From an uncultured virus (IMG/VR IMGVR_UViG_2061766007_000501) (Duplodnaviria > Heunggongvirae > Uroviricota > Caudoviricetes): DNA of 64,000 nt. The position numbers and the translations under genes are program-made. The stretch is from IMG/VR virus record IMGVR_UViG_2061766007_000501; one strand, 5' to 3'. Positions 63,905-64,000 of the stretch are shown piece by piece. The notes beneath the pieces are model-generated. The model worked only from the letters and a program-made list of their open reading frames with translations, was not told the DNA's origin and made no database searches. Numbering within the stretch: the stretch's first letter is position 1; every line of letters starts with the position of its first letter.

Positions 63905-64000
63905 TAAGCCCTGGCAATGCCCATGAAAGCGGTATGGAGGGTGTGCAAGCGATACGCAGATAAACCTGAGCGAACTTTCTTTGTCACGCTCCCTTACCAA
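63905..64000. repeat. Variant copy of 63582-63687
   Basis: Near-identical, with a few substitutions and a short indel. Confidence 0.8.

Larger units (their letters stand above)
1..64000. mobile_element. Temperate Bacteroidales podovirus-like phage genome, near complete, probably excised/circular form
   Basis: Terminase, portal, capsid, tail, ejection, lysis, integrase and repressor genes; no host housekeeping genes; TAnnTTTG Bacteroidetes promoters; attP has phage genes on both sides. Confidence 0.93.

Noticed and set aside
63582..64000. Diversity-generating retroelement TR/VR pair
   Set aside because: No reverse transcriptase; differences are not adenine-specific; second copy is gap-flanked

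Overview
A near-complete (~64 kb) temperate Bacteroidales (Prevotella-like) podovirus genome, scaffolded with N gaps. The first ~3.2 kb and last ~0.3 kb are small contigs that are partly shuffled or inverted: two genes are split and can be rejoined, which closes the genome into a circle. Modules: early/replication operon (VRR-NUC, DUF4373 initiator with iterons, Xis-like HTH); cro/cI switch; attP carrying the 3' half of tRNA-Gly(CCC) and a tyrosine integrase; DNA methyltransferase frameshifted in a homopolymer; terminase, rhomboid protease, capsid, portal and tail genes; AT-rich receptor-binding genes; ejection proteins including a 4905-aa polyvalent protein; HU; Bro/ANT antirepressor; holin/endolysin. 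Top finding: a stand-alone RAMP/Cas7-like gene (2670-3172 on +, finished at 63894-63817 on -) flanked on both sides by phased AGC-NN pentamer arrays. This is a candidate phage RNA-guided system with a non-contiguous guide code (VIPR-like, but AGC rather than GGY). Also notable: an 8-copy late-promoter motif at fixed spacing, a circularly permuted PBP domain, and antisense promoters behind nuclease domains. All family calls come from motif recognition by eye; no searches were run.
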